A DNA stretch of 64,000 nucleotides from Octopus sinensis (lineage: Eukaryota), in assembly GCF_006345805.1 (NCBI RefSeq), contig NC_043025.1, positions 8,618,001-8,682,000 of the forward strand, read 5' to 3'. The position numbers and the translations under genes are program-made. Of this stretch, positions 46,292 to 60,082 are shown one piece after another. Below the pieces are notes generated by a model. That model searched no databases and had not been told where the DNA came from. It was given only the letters and a program-made list of their open reading frames with translations. Numbering within the stretch: position 1 is the stretch's first letter; each line of letters starts with the position of its first letter.

Positions 46292-47225
46292 GTGAGTGAC
46301 CCTGCAGTCAGTTGGATTTGAAACTCATAATGTCCACAATTCAACAGGTTTTATTTCAACATGCTTAGCAGCATTTCATCTTTATGTTCTGGGTTCAAAT
46401 CCTGCAGAGGTTGACTGAGTCTTTTATCCTTTCAGGGTCGATGTGATCAATTTCGTCTTTATGGTTCTACATTCTAATTCCACTGAGGTTCACTTAGTCT
46501 TTTGTACTTTCAGGGCCAATAAAGTTCGTACCAGTTAAGTACTGGGGTCGATGTAATCAACTTAGCCTCCTCCCTGAAATTGCTGGCCTTTAACATAGAA
46601 TAACATTGTAGGGTAGGTGTGAGAGCCTGGACCTGGTCAGTTTGAACATAGAACAGATGAAATATTTTGGCCAGTTTAAATGCTGTTTAAAGGCTGTGCC
46701 CATGCTGGAGCTCTACCATTAGAATAATTGTCAATGAACCTGTGCCGGTGGCACATAAAAAGCACCATCCGAACGTGGCTGATGCCAGCGCCGCCTTGAC
46801 TGGCTTCTGTGCCGGTGGCACGTAAAAAGCACCAACTAATCGTGGCTGCTGCCACACTCCCCTGGCACCCCTGCCAGTGGCACGTAAAAAGCACCCACTA
46901 CACTCACGGAGTAGTTGGCGTAAGGAAGAGCATCCAGCTGTAGAAACACTGCCAGATCAGACTGGAGCCTGGTGCAGCCTCCTGGCTTCCCAGACCCCAG
47001 TTGAACCGTCCAACCCGTGCTAGCATGGAAAGCGGACGTTAAACGATGATGATGATGAAGATGAGATACACCTAGCCTTTGACCTTTTTCAAGCTAGACA
47101 TCATTCCTTGTTCCTCTCTGTCTTTCATTTCGCCCAGGTCTGTCTCATAGCTTTTATGCTGCCGTCCCAAAGCATTTTCAGTTTGTGCACGAGTCTTTAT
47201 TCATTTTTCTATTTTCTTTATTCAG

Positions 47226-47325
47226 TCATGCGGAATTTAAAGTTGGTGATGTGAAACACCTACGACTGAGGTTTTATATCGAAGGTCCATACAGGAAAGC
47301 TACAGTCAACTTGGAGAAAAAACAG
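47226..47325 (+). CDS. TIMM21: TIMM21 coding exon 5
   Basis: (S)HAEFKVGDVKHLRLRFYIEGPYRKATVNLEKKQ, containing FYIEG. Acceptor tattcag, donor gtaagg, 100 bp. Confidence 0.95.
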
Positions 47326-49517
47326 GTAAGGGACAAAAAAAAAAGGGACTTTTACACTTTGGTGTTTGCAGAATCAGTGGAGCATCAAATAAAATGTCAG
47401 TCTTGCAGTGTTCAAAGAACTCTCTTCCAAAACTGGATGTACAGATTAGTGCTTTATTTTAGCAACCTCAGAATGATGATGATGATGATGATGATAATAA
47501 ATTAATAATAAATAAGTTTCAAATTTTGCCACAAGTGCAGCAATTTTGGAGGAGGGATGAGTCGATTACATTCGACCCCAGTGTTCAAATAGTACTTATT
47601 TTATTAACCTTGAAAGGCAAAGTTGACCTCAGCAGAATTTGAACTCATCATCATCATCATTTAGCTTCCGCTTTCCATGCTAGCATGGGTTGGACGGTTC
47701 AACTGGGGTTTGGGAAGCCAGAAGGCTGCACCAGGCCCATCTGATCTGGCAGTGTTTCTACAGCCCTTCCTAACGCCAACCACTCCATGAGTGTAGTGGG
47801 TGCTTGGGTGCTTTTTACGTGCCACCGGCACAGGTGCCAGACAGGGCTGGCAAACGGCCACGATCGGATGGTACATTTTACGTGCCACCAGCACGGGGCC
47901 AGGCAAGGCTGGCAACGGCCATGATCAGATGGTGCTTTTTACGTGCCGAACATAACAATGAGTGAACTACTGCTAAACACTCTGTCCACTGCACAAACTA
48001 TTCTTCCAGCTCAATGTCTTAATAAAAGTAATAATAATAATAATAATCCTTTCTACTATAGGCACAAGGCCGGGAATTTGAGGGGAGGGGGAATAGTCAA
48101 TTACCTTCTGAAATTTGAACTCAGAACATAGCAATTAGTGAAATACCGCTAAGCATTTCACCCAGCACGCTACTTCAATAATAATAATAATTAATTCTTT
48201 TATTGGCCACAAGGGCTGACAAAAATTAATTATAACATAAAGGGACAAAACACAGGACGAAAGTTACAAAGGGTTTTGTCCGTTTGAAAAATCGAGTAAA
48301 AAACAGTTTAACAACGAAAAACTCCCAATAGGGGGGAGGCATTACGAAAGGTTCCTGGTGGAAAAACCCATAAAAGCCAACGGGAGCCTGGTCAAAAAGG
48401 GAGGTAGAGAGCCCCTTTCTCCTTTTATATTACCTTTTTAAATCACAGGTGTAGCTTCAGAATGGGTCCTTTCATACTAGCCATTCTTGTGACATTTATC
48501 CACCTTTCAGTAAACTTGCTATCGGACAGCACTTCCCTCTCTACTCTTGATGGGGCCTGGGCCAAAGAGGAAAGTGTCTGACCTTAGCCCTTTCAAACAG
48601 GCTTCAATAATAATAATAAAAATCCTTTCTACTAAAAGCACAAAGCTTGAAATTTGGTGGGGACGGGGCTAGTTGATTAGATTGATCCCAGTACATAACT
48701 GGTACTTAATTTATCGACCTTGAAAGGATGAAAGGCAAAGCCAACCTCGGTAGAATTTGAACTCAGAACGTAACGACAGAGGAAATACTGCTAAGCATTT
48801 CGCCCAGCGTGCTAATGATTCTGCCAGCTCACTTTCATCATCATCATCATCGTTTAGCATCCGCTCTCCATGCTGGCATGGGTTGGACGGTTCAACTGGG
48901 GTCTGGAGAGCCAGAAGGCTGCACCAGGCTCCAATCTGATCTGGCATTGTTTCTACAGCTGGATGCCCTTCCTAACGCCAACCACTCCATGAGTGTAGTG
49001 GGTGCTTTTTACGTGCCAGACGAGGCTGGCAAACGGCCATGATCAGATGGTGCTTTTTACGTGCCACCAGCATGGATTAAACGGCCACGATTGGATGGTG
49101 CATTTTTACATGTCACTGGCACAGGTGCCAGACGAGGCTGGCAAATGGCCATGATCGGATGGTGCTTTTTACGTGCCACCGGCACAGAGGCCAGGCGAGG
49201 CTGGTAACGGCCACGATTGGATGGTGCTTTTTACGTGCCACTGGCACGGAAGACAGTCGGGGCGGCGCTGGCAACAGCCACGTTCGGATGGTTCTCTTAT
49301 AATAAATCAAACTGGTTGAATTGTTAGCACACCAGGCTAAATGCTTAGTGGCATTTCGTTCATACTTAACGTTCTGAGTTCAAATTCCGCTGAGGTCGAC
49401 TTTGCCTTTCACTCTTTCAGGGTCGATGTAACCAACTTACCCGCTCCCACAAAATTGCTGGCCTTTTGCCGAAATTTTAAATCCTTATTATTGTTATTAT
49501 TTATTTATTTATTTCAG

Positions 49518-49607
49518 AATGAAAATGGCAAATATGAATATCGCTATCTGTTTGTACAGTGTGACACGTACCCCAACCAAGTCGTGATTCTAGAAGACAA
49601 CCGATAA
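49518..49607 (+). CDS. TIMM21: TIMM21 last coding exon
   Basis: NENGKYEYRYLFVQCDTYPNQVVILEDNR* (cf. EYDFRYIFVEIESYPRRTIIIEDNR). Acceptor atttcag, stop TAA at 49605-49607. Confidence 0.95.
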   Translation, partial: NENGKYEYRYLFVQCDTYPNQVVILEDNR

Positions 49608-50129
49608 ACCAGCTTGTTTAGGCAGCAGAAAGATTGCAATGATGGAGGTGGGCGCGTTTGTTGTTCAGGGTTAAAAGAAAAATAATTAAAACAAACATAT
49701 AAATGAATAAATAATATTAATTTAGCCGCTAATTGAGGTGCTTTACCCTTCTCGTTAGCAATGTATTCATAATTCTGACAGTAAAAAGAAAATTTTTTTT
49801 GTTTTTTTTTTTAATACATTACTTTACCAAAAATGCAGTTAAATAAAAAGGGGAGTAGATCTAATCAGACATTTAATTACTGCCAGAAATGTGGTTCCAG
49901 GAAATTAAAAAGATATTCTATTGAACAATGAAAAAAAAAAACACTGCTAATACATAATAAAATAGATGGGTTTTTTTAAAATAAAATATATATATATCAT
50001 ATATATATATATTTCAATAAGAAAGTTTGAGAGAGCAGATGTTTAATAAAAAGTTGTTTGAGCCATTTTTCTATGACATGCTCTATATCTTCCAAGGTGT
50101 CAATATTATAAAATGGTAAGGTGCGATAG

Positions 50130-51301
50130 GTTTCTTTCTCTGACATTTTACAGAGTTCAGCCTACACAAGTTAATGTGTGGGAAACAAAATAGGAGTTTT
50201 GAAAGAAGTTTCTAGAAAACTAGTTTTTAAACATTGGATGTCTATAGGGATCCACCAGTATAAAATAGTTATTAGAGGGGTCCATAGATAAGAAATGGTT
50301 GAGAACCCCTGCTTAAGATGTATGTATTGGTTATGTATTGCAAGAAATAGCTGGGTTTATTTCTCTAACATTTTACATAGTTCAACCTACACAAGTTAAT
50401 GTGTGGAAAACAAAATAGGAATTTTGAAAGAAGTTTCTATAAAACTAGTTTTTAAACAACGAATGGCTGTGGGGATCTACTAGAATGAAATAGTAAATGA
50501 AGGGGTCTATAGATAAGATATGGTTGAGAACCCCTGCTTTAGAGGGATGTAAACACTGAATGGCTATGGAGGTCCATCAGAATGAAATAGTAATCAAAGG
50601 GGTCCATAGATAAAAGAAATGGTTGAGAACCCCTGCTTTAGATGTATGTATTGGTTATGTATTGCAAGAAACAGCTGGGTTCCTTTCTCTAACATTTTAC
50701 ATTGTTCAACCTACACAAGTTAATGTGTGGAAAACAAAATAGGAATTTTGAAAGAAGTTTCTATAAAACTAGTTTTTAAACACGAATGTCTATGAGGGTC
50801 CACTAGAATGAAATAGTGATCAAAGGGGGTTCATAGATAAGAAATAGTTGAGAACCCCTGCTTTAGATGTATGTATTGGTTATGTATTGCAAGAAACAGC
50901 TGGGTTCCTTTCTCTAACATTTTACATTGTTCAACCTACACAAGTTAATGTGTGGAAAACAAAATAGGAATTTTGAAAGAAGTTTCTATAAAACTAGTTT
51001 TTAAACAACGAATGTCTATGAGGGTCCACTAGAATGAAATAGTGATCAAAGGGGGTTCATAGATAAGAAATAGTCGAGAACCCCTGCTTTAGATGTATGT
51101 ATTGGTTATGTATTGCAAAAAACATTTAGATTTCTTTCACTAACACTACATAGTTCAGCCTACAAAATAGGAATTTTGAAAGAAGTTTCTATAAAACTAT
51201 TTTTAAACATGGAATGGCGGGGGGGGGGGGGAGTCCACCAGAATGAAATTGTAATCAAATCAAAGGGGTCCATAGAAAAAAAAAAAGGTTTGGAACCCCT
51301 G
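50130..51301 (+). repeat. Tandem array (~225-bp period) of a hAT-like MITE right end, downstream of TIMM21
   Basis: The terminus gaacccctg recurs at 50311, 50536, 50635, 50860, 51086 and 51301. Confidence 0.85.
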
Positions 51302-51810
51302 AATTAGAACTACAAAATTTTGTACTCATGGATACTGCACACATCTTAAGAAAAACATTGTCAACTTCAAACTACCTGATTCTCTTAAAACTCAAATATT
51401 ACAAATTTAACAGAATCGTAACTCTCAGATTCTGTCTCCTTTCCTTGTAATATATCATTGCTAATCATAAATAAATCATAGAAAACCTTACTGCTTGCTG
51501 TTACTTAAGGTCTCTGGAGAAAACTTGGAACAGTTCACATAAAAAACAAAGCAACAATAACATTAAAAAAAAAATAACAATAATCCTTTCTACTATGCAC
51601 AAGTCCTGTAATTTCAGAGGAGGGGATAAGTTGAATTCATTGACCCCAGTGTTTCACTGGTGCTTAATTCATTGACCCCGAAAGGATGAAAGGCAAAATT
51701 GACTTTGGCGGAATTTGAACTCAGAACGTGAAGACAGACAAAATGCCACTTAGCATTTCACCCAGCGTGCTCACAATTCTGCCCGCTGACCGAATAATTT
51801 ATCTATATAA

Positions 51811-52119
51811 TACTAGCAGTATCGCCCGGCGTAGCTCGGGTTTGTAAGGGAAATAACTATATAAGCATTTTTAGAGAGTTACTTCCCTTATATAACCCGA
51901 GCAAAAATCATTAAAAATGCGGAAAGATGATGGTAATTTTTTTTTAAATCATAGACTCATCATAGATGCACGCTAATACCCAGAAGGGCTCGATATGAAT
52001 GACAACTATAAGATACCCGCTTTTGGTTAAACTGCATCGCAAAATGTGGGAGTAGTTAGGAATCTAAATCGGAGGAGACAGAGTTTCACACACACAACTT
52101 GATTTTTATATATAAAGAT
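51811..52119 (+). mobile_element. Non-autonomous Helitron/Helentron-like element; further copies at 44828-45109 (+) and 54328-54715 (-)
   Basis: 5' tactag, subterminal hairpin cccggcgttgctcggg (cccggcgtagctcggg in this copy), 3' end ttttatatataaagat, no TSD. The classification is inferred from similarity to Lep1/DINE-1-style ends. Confidence 0.55.
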
Positions 52120-52844
52120 TATTTATAATAATAAAAATCCTTTCTACTAAGGGCACAAGGCCTGAAATTTTGGGGGCAGGGATAAGTTGAATACATCAAC
52201 CTCAGTGTATAACTGGTACTTATTTCATCAATTCTGAAAGGATGAAAAGCAAAGTTGATCTCAGCGGAATTTGAACTCAGAACATAAAGACGGACGAAAT
52301 GCCGCTAAGCATTTCGCCCAGTGTGCTAACGATTCTGCCACCTCACCAAATAATTTATGCTATATATAATAACCCTAATATTATTTATATAATTATATAA
52401 TAGGTGCAGGAGTGGCTGTGTGGTAAGTAGCTTGTTTACCAACCACATGGTTCCGGGTTCAGTCCCACTGCGTGGCACCTTGGGCAAGTGTCTTCTACTA
52501 TAGCCTCGGGCCGACCAGAGCCTTGTGAGTGGATTTGGTAGATGGAAACTGAAAGAAGCCCGTCGTATATGTATATATTAGCATGGCCCCTGAGCAAGGA
52601 TGACACGCAAATTCGTGAAGTGTTCCATATTTTCTTCATCGTTGCCAGCCTCGCCTGGCCCCCGTGCTGGTGGCACGTAAAAAGCACCCACTACACTCAC
52701 GGAGTGGTTGGCGTAAGGAAGGGCATCCAGCCGTAGAAACACTGCCAGATCAGACTGGGCCTGATGCAGCCTTCTGGCTTCCCAGACCCCAGGTGCACCG
52801 TCCAACCCATGCTAGCATGGAAAGCGGACGCTAAATGATGATGA

Positions 52845-52887
<43 letters not shown>

Positions 52888-54983
52888 TTTGTGTGTCTGT
52901 GTTTGTCCCCCTAGCATTGCTTGACAACCGATGCTGGTGTGTTTACGTCCCCGTTACTTAGCAGTTCGGCAAAAGAGAACCGATAGAATAAGTACTGGAC
53001 TTACAATAAGTCCCGGGGTTGAGTTGCTCGATTACAGGCGGTGCTCCAGCATGGCCGCAGTCAAATGACTGAAACAAGTAGAAGAGTAAAGAGTCATATA
53101 ATATGTTGAGGCGCAATGGCCCAGTGGTTAGGGCAGCGGACTCGCAGTCAGAGGATCGCGGTTTCGATTTCCAGACCGGGCGTTGTGTGTGTTCATTGAG
53201 CGAAATCACCTAAAGCTCCACGAGGCTCCAGCAGGGGATGGTGGCAACCCCTCTTGTACTCTTTTGCCTCAACTTTTTCCCCATTTCTTGAGTAATGCTG
53301 CGATGGACTGGCATCCCATCCAACTGGGGGGAACACATACACCACAGAAACCAGGAAACTGGGCCCATGAGCCTGGCTAGGCTTGAAAAGGGCACATAAA
53401 TAAAAAATATTATATAATATATATATATAAATTTCTTTACTGCCCACAAGGGGCTAACATAGAGGGGGACAAACAAGGACAGACGAAGGGTTCAGTCGAT
53501 TATATCGCCCCCAGTGCGAAACTGGTACTTTATTTATCGACCCGAAAGGATGAAAGGCAAAGTGACCTCGGCGGAATTTGAACTCAGAACATAGCGACAG
53601 ACGAAATACCGCTAAGCATTCATCCAGCGCGCTAACGTGTCTGCCAGCTCGCCGCCTATTATATATATATAGGTGCAGGAGTGGCTGTGTGGTAAGTAGC
53701 TTGCTAACCAACCACATGGTTCCGGGTTCAGTCCCACTGCGTGGCATCTTGGGCAAGTGTCTTCTGCTATAGCCCCGGGCCAACCAATGCCTTGTGAGTG
53801 GATTTGGTAGATGGAAACTGAAAGAAGCCTGTCGTATATATGTATATGTGTGTGTTTGTCCCCCGAGCATTGCTTGACAACCGATGCTGGTGTGTTTACG
53901 TCCCTGTCACTTAGCGGTTCGGCAAAAGAGATCGATAGAATAAATACTGGGCTTACAAAGAATAAACCTCGAGGTTGATTTGCTCCACTAAAGGCGGTGC
54001 TCCAGCATGGCCGCAGTCAAATGACTGAAACAAGTAAAAGAGTATTATTTATTATTTATAATAATAATAATAATGACTGCTAATAACAGTAATAATAATC
54101 CTTTCTAATAAAGGCACTCGGCCTGAAATTAGGGGGTGGGGCGTAGTTGATTACATCGACCCCAGTGTTTCACTGATAATCGATTTATTGACCCTGAAAG
54201 GATAAAAGGCAAAGTCGACCTTGGCGGAATTTGAACTCAGAATGCAGCAACGGGCAAAACACCGCTAAGCATTTTGTCCAGCTTGCTAACGATTCTGCCA
54301 GCTTGGTGAATAATTTATTTATATAACATCTTTATATATAAAAGTGAGGTTGTGTGCTGTCTGTCTCCTACGATTTAGATTCCTAACTACTCCCACATTT
54401 TGCGGTGCAGTTTAAACAAAACCGGGTATCTTATAGTCGTGATTCATATCGAGCCCTTCTGGGTATTAGCGCACGTCTACGATTTAAAAAAAAATTTACC
54501 ATCAATTTTTCCCATTTTTTAATGCATTTTTGGCATATATAAGGGAAGTAACTCTCTAAAAATTTATTATTAAATCTCAGAACATAAAAAGCTACAGTAA
54601 CAACTCCCCTTTGTGGTTAGTCATATTGAGATGGCTATTATACTTTACATCTCTAAAAATGCTTATATAGTTATTTCCCTTACAAACCCGAGCAACGCCG
54701 GGCGATACTGCTAGTTATATATAATAATATAATGATTGGTAATAATTTATTTATAATAATAATAATAATAATAATAGCTGATAATAATAATAATTTATTT
54801 TGGAAATGAATATATAAAAGGAGACTCCAAGGAATGTAAATATATATATATATGTATGTATATATATATATATAAACACACACACAGACATATAGTTATG
54901 TATACATACATACATACATTATATAGTTATATATGTATGTCTATATGTATATTAATCGCTTTTTTTTGTCCAGATTTCATTAA

Positions 54984-55027
54984 CTACTCTGAAGGAGACT
55001 GCACAACAATCAACAGGTAGTCTTTAT
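54984..55027 (-). CDS. DYNLRB: Dynein light chain roadblock, last exon
   Basis: (D)KDYLLIVVQSPSE*. Acceptor attgcag, 44 bp, stop TAG at 54986-54984. Confidence 0.95.
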
Positions 55028-56597
55028 CTGCAATATAAAGAGAAAGATATTATGATGATGATGATGATGATGATAATAACGACAACAATGATGATAATTA
55101 TGCTTTCTTATTGACCACAAAGGGTTGGTGAAAAGATTAAGGATGGCACAGTGTGGGATTACACTAAAAAACATGTTTAGAAGAGGAATAACCCCACCAC
55201 CAGAAAAAAAAAGATTCCCCGACAGTGGGGAGACTTTTGAGGGTTACCTGTGGAAGCCCCACAAAAACCACAGTCGCCCCTCGGCCTAGCAATCACTACG
55301 TCAAGTACTATCTCCAAGTCATCCTCTAATCCATAGGCACATGCTGGGAAGCAGCTTATAAGAGAAACTGGCTAACCCATTTAAGGTGGTGCTCCAGCAT
55401 GGCTGCAGTCAAATGACTGAAACAAGCACAGATCAGACTAGAGCCTGGTGCAGCCTTCTGGCTTCCCAGACCCCAGTTGAACCGTCCAACCCATGCTAGC
55501 ATGGAAAACAGACGTTAAATGATGATGATGATGATGATGATGAATTGGTATAGAGCAGACATAGTGATATCAAGAGATATCAGTGGAGGTTTGTAAGCCT
55601 TAAAAATTCACTCTGACACTGATTGTGAGTATAGCATAGTGAATAAAGGCACTAGTTAATGCAGTACAGTTACTTAGAGCCTCTAAGTTCAATCCCAGAC
55701 AAGGTATTAATGTGAATCAGAAGTTTGAAGAAGGCTACAACTGCCGAAATGTTGTGAAAGCAACAATCAAGACGAGGATACCACTATGACTAATAAAGAA
55801 TATCACGTGACCGACCAGGCCATCAGATGTAGTTACACATCGCTGGTCACAATGCGCTTCGCATTGTTTTAGCCTTCGAATGACGCCACCCCGCTGGCTA
55901 AGCGAGCAGGCCGACAGAAGAAAGAGTGGTGAAAGAGTACAGCAGGGATCACCACCCCCTGCCGGAGCCTCGTGGAGCTTTTTAGGTGTTTTCGCTCAAT
56001 AAACACTCACAACGCCCAGTCTGGGAATCGAAACCGCGAGTCCGCTGCCCTAACCACTAGGCCATTGCGCCTTCACAATAAAGAATATAAAACTCAAAAA
56101 TACTGAACTGTATTCATCATCATTATTTGATGTCTGCCTTCCATGCTGGCATGGGTTGGATGGCTTGACAGGAGCCGGTCAGGTAGAAGACTACACCAGG
56201 TGACTGGGTCTGTTTTAACAGGGGTTTTTATGGTTGGATGCCCTTCCTAACACCAATCACCCTGCAGAGCAGACTGAGTGCTTTTTACATGGCAACAGCA
56301 CAAGCAAGGTCAGTTTTAGCATGCCCTTCCAAATAAATGCCAACCCCCTCACAGTGTGGACTGGATGCTTCTTACATGGCATCAGCACCGGCAGGGTCAC
56401 CAAGTAACTTGCAAGACAAGGAATTTTGAGAGGGGGGACAGGACATTGGAGGAGGTCATCTTGTGTCAGATGATGAAAGGTTTTTGTCAACTGGAATCAG
56501 TTTACTGGCACTAAACAGACTTCCAGAGGGATCACTGACAAGATGACAGCTAACAATGACAAGATGACAGCAATAATGACAATGATCTTAATAAGGA

Positions 56598-57468
56598 TAC
56601 TAGCGCTATGACCTGCTAGCTGGCATTCAATTGGCGTATCAAGTTTCAGGCATTTTGATTGGGTTTTGGATAGAAAATTCACAAAAAAGTTACTTCTATT
56701 GAATTTTTAATGGCTTTGCGGGGCAACTGGGGAAATGTAAAGATGTGCACGACCATCCTTGGATGGTTTTGAATGACCATAGAAAGTGTGAGCCCTCTAA
56801 CTGAAAAACTGTGGATTTGTATAAAGGACATACACGCAGTCATTTTGCCATTTATATATAGAGATTTGCGGGGTTACTGGGGAAATGTAAAGATGTGCAC
56901 GACCATCCTTGGATGGTTTTGAATGACCATAGAAAGTGTGAGCCCTCTAACTGAAAAATTGTGGATTTGTATAACGACATACACGCAGACATTTTGCCAT
57001 TTATATATAGAGATTTGCGGGGTTACTGGGGAAATGTAAAGATGTGCACGACCATCCTTGGATGGTTTTGAATGACCATAGAAAGTGTGAGCCCTCTAAC
57101 TGAAAAATTGTGGATTTGTATAAACGACATACACGCAGACATTTTGCCATTTATATATAGAGATTTGCGGGGTTACTGGGGAAATGTAAAGATGTGCACG
57201 ACTATCCTTGGACGGTTTTGAATGACCATAGAAAGTACGAGCCCTCTAACTGAAAAATTGTGGATTTGTATAAAGGACATACACGCAGACATTTTGCCAT
57301 TTATATATAGAGAGATTTGCTGGGTGACTGAGGAAATGTAAAGATGTGCATGACCACCCTTGGACGGTTTTGAATGACCATAGAAAGTGCGAGCCCTCTA
57401 ACTGAAAAATTGTGGATTTGTATAAAGGACACACACACAGACATTTTGCCGTTTATATATATAGAGAT
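56598..57468 (+). mobile_element. Helitron/Helentron-like element with five tandem copies of its terminal ~150 bp
   Basis: Starts tactag at 56598. Units start at 56718, 56868, 57017, 57167 and 57319, each ending tttatatatagagat. Confidence 0.6.
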
Positions 57469-57568
57469 GACAATGGTAGATTACTGTGATGATAATGCTA
57501 ATATTAATGACAATAATGAAGACGACGACCACAGCAGTTGTGAAAAAGAGAGAAGTGTATCTGTTCAC

Positions 57569-57736
57569 CTGGTGCTACCATTATCTCGTGCTTCTTCGAT
57601 CTGATCCTGAGGAAGGTCAAATCATTTGAAGGGTCAATGTCACGGACTGTACTCCTGGCCTTCGATGTCAGCTCCAGAATGAGACCTGCATACTGTACAG
57701 TGGTTGAATTGTCCATTGTTGTCCGAATTGGGATAC
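57569..57736 (-). CDS. DYNLRB: Dynein light chain roadblock, exon 3
   Basis: (G)[55 protein letters not shown](D), the roadblock signature [24 protein letters not shown]. 168 bp, phases 1/1. Confidence 0.97.
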
Positions 57737-58819
57737 CTGATGGTCAGCAAGAAGCAACAGTAGGATGATAAGACCAGCAATAGTAGCAGAGGTGGTGGTG
57801 GTGGAGATGCAGAGTAATTATGAAAGAAAAAGAAAGCAGGAATGAAAGGAAACAGTTTAGTCAAAGAATTTATAACATTTTAAAATGATTTAGGCACATG
57901 GCTGTAAGGCAAGAAGCTCGCTTCCCAACTACATGGTTATGTGTTCAGTCCCACTCCATGGCACCTTGAGCTAGAGTCTTCTCCTATGGCCTCAGGCTGA
58001 CTAAAACCTTGTCAGTGGATTTGATAGACAGAAACTGAACAAACACGATTGTCTGTGTGTGTGTGTGTATATATATATACAGGAGTGGCTGTGTGGTAAG
58101 TAGCTTGCTAACCAACCACATGGTTCCGGGTTCAGTCCCACTGCGTGGCATCTTGGGCAAGTGTCTTCTGCTATAGCCCCGGGCCGACCAATGCCTTGTG
58201 AGTGGATTTGGTAGATGGAAACTGAAAGAAGCCTGTCGTATATATGTATGTATGTGTGTGTATGTGTTTGTGTGTCTGTGTTTGTCCCCCTAGCATTGCT
58301 TGAGAACCGATGCTGGTGTGTTTACGTCCCCGTCACTTAGTGGTTCGGCAAAAGAGACCGATAGAATAAGCAGTGGGCTTACAAAGAATAAGTCCCGGGG
58401 TCGATTTGCTCGACTAAAGGCGGTGCTCCAGCATGGCCGCAGTCAAAATGACTGAAAAGAGTAAAAGAGTATACAAAATTTAGAGGACTGACCACTAAAA
58501 GTGGACAGCCTATATGCTAAACATAGACGTCAAATCACCATTACCACGAAGAATGTGTTCTCAAGAAAAATCTCAGCAAAAAACCAAAAATTTTGTATGT
58601 AACGCAATTTTTAATCTTCGGATTTTTTAAAATTATGCTAAGCCACTGGTTTTAATTGATTAATATCAATTTCTACCTTTATTCAAGTTTATATATAAAT
58701 ATATACTTTTATTGAAACTACAAAAAAATGCATATTACTCTACCTTTGGTATTTGAGTACTTTTTTTTTCGACCTTGTTTTGCATTAAGCGCTTACTTGT
58801 GTGTGTGTGTGTGTGTATG

Positions 58820-58852
<33 letters not shown>

Positions 58853-59025
58853 GTATTATATATAGGCGCAGGAGTGGCTGTGTGGTAAGTAGCTTGCTAA
58901 CCAACCACATGGTTCCGGGTTCAGTCCCACTGTGTGGCATCTTGGGCAAGTGTCTTCTGCTATAGCCCCGAGCCGACCAATGCCTTGTGAGTGGATTTGG
59001 TAGACAAAACTGAAAGAAGCCTGTC

Positions 59026-59057
<32 letters not shown>

Positions 59058-59635
59058 GTGTGTGTGTTTGTGTGTCTGTGTTTGTCCCCCTAGCATTGCT
59101 TGACAACCGATGCTGGTGTGTTTACGTCCCCGTCACTTAGCGGTTCGGCAAAAAGAGACCAATAGAATAAGTACTGGGCTTACAAAAAGAATAAGTCCCG
59201 GGGTCGATTTGCTCGACTAAAGGCGGTGCTCCAGCATGGCCACAGTCAAATGACTGAAACATGTAAAAGAGTAAAGAGTAATATATATATATATATCACG
59301 TGACCGACCAGACCATCAGATGTTGTTACACATCGCTGGTCACAATTCGTTCGCATTGTTTTAGCCTTCAAATGACGCCACCCCGCTGGCTAAGCGAGCA
59401 GGCCAACAGAAGAAAGAGTGGGAGAAAGAGTGGTGAAAGAGTACAGCAGGGATCAACCCCCTGCCGGAGCCTCGTGGAGCTTTTAGGTGTTTTCGCTCAA
59501 TAAACACACACAACGCCCGGTCTGGGAATCAAAACCGCGAGTCTGCTGCCCTAACCACTAGGCCATTGCGCCTCCTATATATATATATCATCATCGTCGT
59601 TTAGCGTCCGTTTTCCATGCTAGCATGGGTTGGAC

Positions 59636-59676
<41 letters not shown>

Positions 59677-60040
59677 CCCATGCTGGCATGGAAAACGGAC
59701 GCTAAATGATGATGATGATGATGTATATATATATATATATATACACATATATATATATATAGCACGTTTGAAAAGTTTGGGAAAAATACGGGTTTCCCAA
59801 ACTTCTCAAACCTGCTATAATATAATACATGTCTTTGGTGTGGTAATTGTGTGCAACTGATGAAGGCTATTGACATACATGTTACCTCAATTATGCATTG
59901 ATATAAACTGTCCAATAAAGCCAGAAACATATGTACCGCTAAATCCTTTGCATCCTGTTTTTCTTTTGATAAATACACCCTATCACCTACACCACTAACT
60001 GGCATATACAGGTGCTTACAGTTATCAAGCATTCACCCTG

Positions 60041-60082
<42 letters not shown>

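Noticed and set aside
57597-57625. ctgaggaagg hammerhead-like core
   Set aside because: There is no correctly placed GAAA or stem III, and it is simply the antisense strand of DYNLRB exon 3.
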